Below are positions 56,019 through 64,000 of a stretch of 64,000 nt of DNA, in pieces. A model generated the notes under the pieces. That model was not told the origin of the DNA. It was given only the letters and a program-made list of their open reading frames with translations, and ran no database searches. Position numbers and translations under genes: made by a program. Every line of letters starts with the position of its first letter. Position 1 is the first letter of the stretch. Origin of the DNA: the human T2T-CHM13v2.0 reference genome, Homo sapiens; assembly GCF_009914755.1 (NCBI RefSeq), contig NC_060928.1; one strand, written 5' to 3'.

Positions 56019-56503
56019 AAATAGGTATTGTTAAAGTACTACAACTAGTATGTTTGAGAAAACAGAAAGGAAGATGAAGAATTTGAGCAAAGAATAGAAT
56101 TTATTTTACAAAACAGAAATTTGAGAACTGTAAAATGTAATAACTGAAAATAGGTCTCAATATATGGAATTAATGATATTAGAGCTAAAGAAAGGATTAG
56201 TGAACTGGAAGACAGATCAGTAGAAAACATCCAGAGAAAACTAGAAAAAAAAAAGCATAACAGACATAGATGATTGGAAAAGTGACATAGAGATATAGAG
56301 CAGATACTGCAAATGTTTAATATATATTTAACTGGAGGATAGAGACTATAAAGAAAAAGGCATATTTAAAGAAGTAGTTTTCTAGGATTTTCCAAGATAA
56401 CAAAAAGCATCAAGCTGTAGATTCAAAAATTGCTATGATCATCAAACAGATTAAACACAAAGAAAGCTACATCTAAAATACTACACCATAATAGAACTAC
56501 TGA

Positions 56504-56820
<317 letters not shown>

Positions 56821-57105
56821 CCAAAGACAGAATTTTAAATGCTAACAGTGAAAATCATTTCTTGTTCAAAGAAGCAACAATAAGATTGATAGTGGATGTA
56901 ATAAAAAACAGAGGGTAATATGGAAAAAAATCTTTAGAATATAGAAAATAAATGCCAACCTAGAATACTATACACAGAAAAAAAAAGACAATGAAATGCA
57001 AAAACAAATATCCTTTGCCATAGCTTCCAAAATGTCTCATACCTAGGTACCGAAAAGGAAGATATGCAAGGTCTCTACACAAAAAGAAAAACTTAAAAAT
57101 GATTA

Positions 57106-57570
<465 letters not shown>

Positions 57571-58339
57571 AAGGAAAAGAAAAGATACTATGGAACTTCA
57601 GAATTTCAGGCAGTGTGATACTAATGCCAGAGAGCATACAATCGTAAAACAGAGTCCAGAAAGAAACCGTATAGAGACATGATTTATTTACAAGGGTAAT
57701 GCTACAGAGCAGCAGAGAAATATGCTAGGTTACCTAGTTATCCAAATTAAAAATAACTAGTCTTGATTTCTACCCTCCCCACTACACAAATATCAATTCC
57801 AGGTTGATCGTAAATATAAATCTGAAAGTGAAAAAGCAATAAAGCTTCTACAAGACTATTTTCATAACATTGGATAGACAAATGTTTCTTAAACAAGACA
57901 TAAAAAATATTAATCATAGAGGAAAAACAAGAAAAAAATCACCTTACATTAAAATTAAAGAAATCTGGCCAGTAAAAAAAAAGAAAGAAAGAAAGAAAAA
58001 AGACCAGTAAGAGATGGAAGAAGATATCTGCAATACACACAGCTTTAAAAAGCCTGGCAACCAACCAAATCATGTAAAGGAATTGTAGAAATCTAAAAAA
58101 AAAAAAAAAAAAAAAAAACAACCAAAAAGAAAAATGAACAAAACACTTAAACAGGCATTTTATAAAAGAGGATATCCAAATGGGCAACAAGCTTGTCAAA
58201 AGATGTCCAACTTCATCAGTTTCCATGAAAAGGCAAAATAAAACCACAATGGGATGCTATTACATCACCACCACAATAGCTAAAATAAAAAAGACTAACA
58301 ATGCCAAGTATTTGGCTGGGATGTGAAGAAAAAATAGGT

Positions 58340-58670
58340 TGGATATTCATTCTCCTCACTCTCCCTCTGCCTCACCACATTTATGGTGCCTCACCATAGT
58401 GAGAGAAGTGTGTGCACTCTACAGTTAGAGCTTCTATTGACAGCCCCTCTCCTACAGTGCCCAGCAATTGCCAGGGCTGATAGCACTATTCGCTCACCTT
58501 GCCCCTGCAGGACTAGGGTAGTTAGGACTTCCCACTGTTGATAGTACCTGGATGCTTCATGTTCTTTTGTTCTTTTCTGTTTCCTTGACACTGTCCACAC
58601 CTCTATAAAATGAACCAGTCGTTAAACTCTTTTAATTGAAACACTGCCAGGGCAATGACTACTATTACTT
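58340..58670 (+). mobile_element. ERVL LTR fragment (LTR33-like)
   Basis: gacttcccactgttgatagtacctggatgcttca..gtccacacctctataaaatg..ttaaactct. Family call tentative. Confidence 0.45.
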
Positions 58671-58679
58671 GATAGAGAT

Positions 58680-59450
58680 TTTGGTTTTTACTTTTTGTGA
58701 AGTAGGGAGCTATTCTAGGGCCTTACATATAACAGGAGAGGAATATAATGTGACTTACATCCTAAAAGGATTCTTCTTTCTGCTCAGTTGAGAATACACT
58801 CTAGGGAGGTGAAGATAAGAACCAGTGAGACTGGTAAACAGAACGCTGCCCTGATCCAAGTGGAAGACGATGGTGGCTCAGGTCAGAGATGTAGCAAGTG
58901 GTTAGACTCTGGTTATATTTTTGAAGACACAGCCAAGAGGATTGGATTCCCTAATGAGTCTGAATGTAGGGTAGGAAAGAAAGAAGTCAAGGATGATACC
59001 ATGAATTTTGACTTGACCAACTCGGAGCAATTTGTTGCCACTGACTGAGTTAGGGAAGGCTATAGGTAGAGCTAGAGCAAATTTGATCAGAAACGGAGCG
59101 ATAAAAATTTCAACTGGGAATGTTTAAATTTGAAGTGTCTGTTAGCCATGTGAGTGGAAATGACAAAGGCAGCTAGTTATATTTTAAAGTTAAGAAGACA
59201 GATTTGGACTAAAGATACAGATATGAAGATATCTAGAACCATGGGACTGGGTTAAATCACTAAGAGAGTGAATAGAAATGAAAAATAATAGAGGACAGTG
59301 GGCTGAGCCCTGAACACTTCGACATTAAAAGTTCAAGGAGAGTAGCCAGCAGTGGAGAATGGGATGGAGTAACCACCACTGAGGTAAAATGAGTGCATTG
59401 AAGACAAAGCTGAAAAATAATGATCAAACATTGTAAATGCTGCCAAGTAA
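58680..59450 (-). mobile_element. L2 relic
   Basis: gatggtggctcaggtcagagatgtagcaagtggttagactctggttatatttttgaag..aagaagtcaaggatgatacc..ggctgagccctgaacac. Confidence 0.7.
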
Positions 59451-59460
59451 GAGGATGTTT

Positions 59461-59461
59461 T

Positions 59462-59505
<44 letters not shown>
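59461..59505. repeat. (TA)n microsatellite
   Basis: About 19 TA units. Confidence 0.97.
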
Positions 59506-59507
<2 letters not shown>

Positions 59508-59559
59508 CAAATTTTTCTGAGTACTATGATATTTCGACATCTTAAAAAAAAGTTTATGG

Positions 59560-60420
59560 CTTGGGAGAGATGGCCCTCCAGGGGCTGCCAATCCTTACAG
59601 ACAGCAAAAACCTCAGCAGGGAGAACACCTTTGGTATGCAAATTACCCAATCCAGAGCCATACCTCCTTTATCTGGCTATATACCCCAGGAGACAATATT
59701 CCTCTGCCTTAATTTCCCACTGTCAGGTATCAAGCAACTAGGGATTAATCCTATACCTTAGAGCCTACTGAAAGTATTCAAACCAGCCAGTTCTAAACTG
59801 TTTACCCTACTCTACTCTGCCTTGCCTTTACCCTGAAACTCCAGTAAAGGCTGTGGCATAAGCTCTCTCCTCTTTCCTGTCTTCTGCCACATGGAGAACC
59901 ACCCCCCACCCCCCATGCTGTGGTCTGTAATGTCAATGTCCCTCCAAAATTCACATGTTAAAATATCAACCCCAGCGTTTTGGTATTAAGAGGCCAGACC
60001 TTTGGGAGATGATGAGGTCATGAGGGTGGAGCCCTCAAGAATAAATTGGTACCCTTATAAAAGAGGCTTGGGAGAGCCTGCTTCCTCCTTACCCCTATCA
60101 CCATGTGAGGGGGACATGCAACAAGGCACCATCTATGAAGAGTGGGCCCTCAGCAGATGCCTAATCTGCTGGCTCCTTGATCTTGGACTTCCCAACCTCC
60201 AGAACTATGAACAATGAATTTTCTGTTCTTTATAAATTATCCAGTCTAAGACACTTTGTTATAGCAGGCTGAACAAACTAAGACACCCTGTGACCCTGTG
60301 TGGCATGCGGTGACCTCCTGTCTAAGACCTATGAGTATAATAAACTTTGTTTCATTGTGCCTCTCCTGTGTGTCCTCTTGCGGTCTCACCTGTGACCATC
60401 ACAGAAAAGCTCACAGAACA
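59560..60420 (+). mobile_element. ERVL LTR (MER74-like) split by a nested MaLR LTR
   Basis: tatgcaaattacccaatccagagcc..cctcctttatctggct..caactaggga..tattcaaaccagccagttctaa..gtaaaggct; the sequence resumes after 60285. Confidence 0.65.
59916..60285 (+). mobile_element. MaLR LTR (MLT1A-like), nested
   Basis: TG...CA termini; gtccctccaaaattcacatgtt..gaggtcatgagggtggagccctca..cttgatcttggacttcccaacctccagaact..gaacaaactaagaca. Confidence 0.88.
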
Positions 60421-61969
60421 GAGAAGTTCTAATAACTGTTGGCTTTAGCAACATGGAGGTCACTGGTATCTTGGAGCTATTTGTTATTTATATTTAATAA
60501 ATATGTAATTAGCTAGCAGATATTACATTAATAAATGGCTATTTAGATTAATTTTATTCCATCTGTGGGGCCTTTGGTCACAAAACCTCAAATGAGAACC
60601 ACGAAGGCATGAACATGACTCACAGGGATGGAGTTAGAATTCTAACAGGCCCTGGAGTGGGAACTAATGCTTTATCAGTAGCTAACATGAGACAATGCTT
60701 TAAATGAGCTCTGTTACAATGTTGTAACGTATACACTATTTTGCCCAGTTCACAGCCTGACTCAGAAAGCCTGACTCACAGAATTAAGGTCATACAGCTC
60801 CTGAGGCGCATCACTAAATTCAAATCCAGTTCTGATTTGGCAGTTTATGCTGTTTCAACCTACCCTGTACTCTCCAGTAATAACATAAAATAGAATGATT
60901 AAAGAAGGTTAATCTGAATTATCTGGGAATCAAATCTGGGTCCCTGAACTCCCTGAAAATATTATTTCCTAGTAACCCATGCCAAAAAAATAAGTCAATA
61001 AGACATATTCCTATAATGCTTGGGAAGAAATCTCTATTTACTAGAAAGAAGTCCTCAGATTAAAAAATATCTGCTAGTTACATATGATCTTAATAGTAGT
61101 TCTGCAAACTTGATTAAATATTTAAGCTTCCAATTGTAGTTGGATCTTATCCCTCTTTTCTCATTAGGCAGAAAATATTTAGAAAAGCTACATTAGTAAA
61201 AACCAGGCTAACTTCTTTCCACAGCTACCTAATGACTTCAGTCAGTATTATTGTTTAAAATTAATAGGCCACATTTAGCAAAAACTTTATATTATTAAAT
61301 TTCTTCTCAAAACATGTTTAGCAAGAATATCTGGCTACTCATCTTTTTAACCTTGACAACTCATTTCCAATGCAAAAGGGTAAATCCTACTATTAACAGC
61401 ATTGTTTTTGTGGAAACAGTTTAAGACACTAGTCACTAGCATGATTTTCTAAATATGCTTAGCAGGTTTATTTGGCTACATATGAAGTCTCTTTTAAAAC
61501 CTGACATATTATTTCCAGTGACCTGAATAGGATATTTATCTGAGAAAGCAGACCAGAATAAAGCCTCTATACAGACTTTCCAGATAGAGAATAAAAATAG
61601 TATCTAATATATTTTCGACTTTGAAATTATCTATTTCTGTTATAGTGTCCTCTGGATCACTGCCCCTGAAAAATAGCTGAGCTCCTATTTTAGCAATATA
61701 TACTCTCTTGAGGTGGTTTCAGAAGATTAGGACACAGAGTTCAATACAAGCTATGAGAATTCCACTGCAGCTGGCAAACACTGAGGCCTGTCATAGACTT
61801 TTCTTGTTTTTCCACATGAGAAGCACCTTCTCCACTCCTCTCTTCCATCCACAGGGAATCCAATTCTGACTTGACCTTTGAGATACCCATGAGAATGTCC
61901 ATTCTTCTACCCCTCTTCCATAATACAACCTACTACTGTCTTTCATTCAATTGAAGGTGCAAGTAACTG

Positions 61970-61971
<2 letters not shown>

Positions 61972-62004
<33 letters not shown>
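61972..62004. repeat. (CA)n microsatellite
   Basis: About 16 AC units. Confidence 0.97.
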
Positions 62005-62006
<2 letters not shown>

Positions 62007-63555
62007 GGTATTGCTCTCAAGGACATTTACTTAATTTTTAAAAAAGGAATCAAAGCTTGAAATAAAATAATTAAATTCTACTTTGAAAACAAGTTAACCT
62101 GGTTTTTGCTAGTACAGCTTTTCTAAATATTTTCATCCTAATGGGAAAACATCAGCATATGTGACAATTACCCTTATTCAAGTCACATTAAGAATAATTC
62201 AAAACATTAAAGAAAATACTACAGTTGCAGGGGAAACAATTTAAATAAAATAAACTGGCCAAACCCTAGTGAATCAGATGATGATCTATGGAAACTGACC
62301 AACGGAAAATATCTAAAGTTCAAATGCCCTTATAATAGCTGTTTTCTGCCATCTTTTAAATGTCTTTCCATGTCAAATCCCTCTTAAGTTTGATACACAG
62401 TCTACTTACCAAAAAAAATTGTTTAACACATATATGATTATGAATTTGAATAATAAAGCAATATTGTAAAATATCAACAGTAGTAAGGAAATAACAGAGG
62501 ACTGTATCCAAGGTTTCCATTAACATCATAAATGCACTAAATGCATTTTTGTGAGCTTATGTTTTCCATTTTTGTATTTCTTTCTCTGTGAGTAACGTGT
62601 AAGACACTTAAGAGAGGCACAGGTAGACACACTGCAGCAACAAGAAAAGTCTAAGGTTCTTGTTATCTGGTACCAGTGCTGTGGACACGCCACTTGGAAG
62701 GAGGAACCACTGTTTTTCCTCTGTGAGGACAACACACTGCATCTGTACCAGGTGTTTTATGGGAAGAGTGAATAAATTTTAATCATTCATCGCCCTCTTA
62801 TGCTTAGATGTTTGTCATGATCACACAGTGTGGGATCTACAAATCAACACAGGAAAGTTGGAATTATGGTATTCTGTTATCAGAGGAGCCTGTGATCTGA
62901 AAATAGCTGATCCCCCAATTTTCATATGACACTTGTGTGAAGAAAAAGAACAGAAATCTCCATCAGTACCAACTGTTCTCAGAAAAGGCACAGCCTAACA
63001 GAAAGAAAAGAATGAGCACGTTGGCTGCAGAAAGCCCTATTACGGTTTACACATTAAGAAACGGAGAGGAAACGATCCAAAAGAAGGCAAAATTTGAATA
63101 TTTCCTGTTTCCAATGTCACAAAAATTACAGAGTAAAAGTGAAATCAACACCAATATGTTAAAGAAAATATTTTAATGTTATATTTACTTAATTTGACAT
63201 TATTTAATTGGTCTTACACTGAAATCGACACTAGTCAAATACTTTTTCAAGAGGAGTGGCCTTCAAGTTTTTCCTTTCTCTGTTATGCGATTTGACACAA
63301 TGAAATTAGCAAGTTTAAGTTCTCATGTTTTATAAGGTTTTCATGTAAGTGCTACCTCTCCAAACTGGAATTTTAATCTTTTGGACAGTCAAAAGGTCTT
63401 ACATGGTAGCATTCATCTTTCTTTCTTAAACACAATACTTCAGTAACATTAATCTTTCAGGTGGGTATACAAAGAGTACATCAACGTTGCAAACAACCTG
63501 GAGAAAACAAATCTAGAAAGTACAATGACGCAATGTCACAAATGTGGTTGCCTCC

Positions 63556-63940
63556 TGCTACAGCGTGAATGTGTTCCCCAAACTTCATGTGTTGGAAATT
63601 TAATCCCCAATGCAAAAGCATTGAAAGGTGGGACCTTCAGAAGGTGATTAGGTCATGAGGCTCTGCCCACCTGAATGGATTAATGGTATTATCTTGGGAG
63701 TGGGCTCCTTATCACAGGAATGAGTTTGTTATATAAAGTTCCACCTGTTCTTGCACTCTGGAGCAATCTCTCCTGATGTGATGCCTTCCACCATGAGAAG
63801 ACACAGTAAGAAGGCCCTCACCAGACACAGCCCTGCAACCCTGGACTTTCCAGTCTTCAGAATTGTGAGGAAAACTAATTTCTTTTTATTATAAATCATC
63901 CAGTTTGTGATTTACAGCAACATAAAACAGACCACGATAC
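63556..63940 (+). mobile_element. MaLR LTR (MSTC/MSTD-like)
   Basis: tgctacagcgtgaatgtgttcccca..taatccccaatgcaa..gtgattaggtcatgagg..agaaggccctcaccaga..tacagcaacataaaacagacc. Confidence 0.85.
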
Positions 63941-64000
63941 CTACCCAAAGTACATTCATTCTCCTTTCCTTCTTTGCGAAAAGAATTTCAATATTGTTAG

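Overview
This window is AT-rich primate (almost certainly human) genomic DNA inside the VEGFC gene, which lies on the minus strand. It holds three coding exons with canonical GT-AG boundaries: exon 2 (20572-20785, 214 nt), exon 3 (18816-19006, 191 nt) and exon 4 (2535-2686, 152 nt, missed by the ORF track). Together they encode the end of the N-propeptide, the VEGF homology domain and the furin site. The rest is intron (end of intron 1, introns 2 and 3, start of intron 4) filled with Alu, L1, L2, MIR and MaLR/ERVL relics. Exons 1 and 5-7 lie outside the window. I found no new gene, CRISPR array or multi-gene system. The signals most worth checking are structural or RNA-level. (1) A 50-bp minisatellite grew from a sense-oriented L1 3' end and stacks 14 AATAAA signals in intron 3. 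(2) Intron 1 has a cluster of local inverted duplications and palindromes at 23.3-31.6 kb, including a 113-bp self-inverted copy inside an L1. (3) Exons 2+3 form a 405-nt phase-0 to phase-0 block that would give a stop-free circRNA. (4) A latent GTAAGT donor sits 33 nt upstream of exon 2. Repeat subfamily names and old-repeat boundaries were assigned by eye and are approximate.
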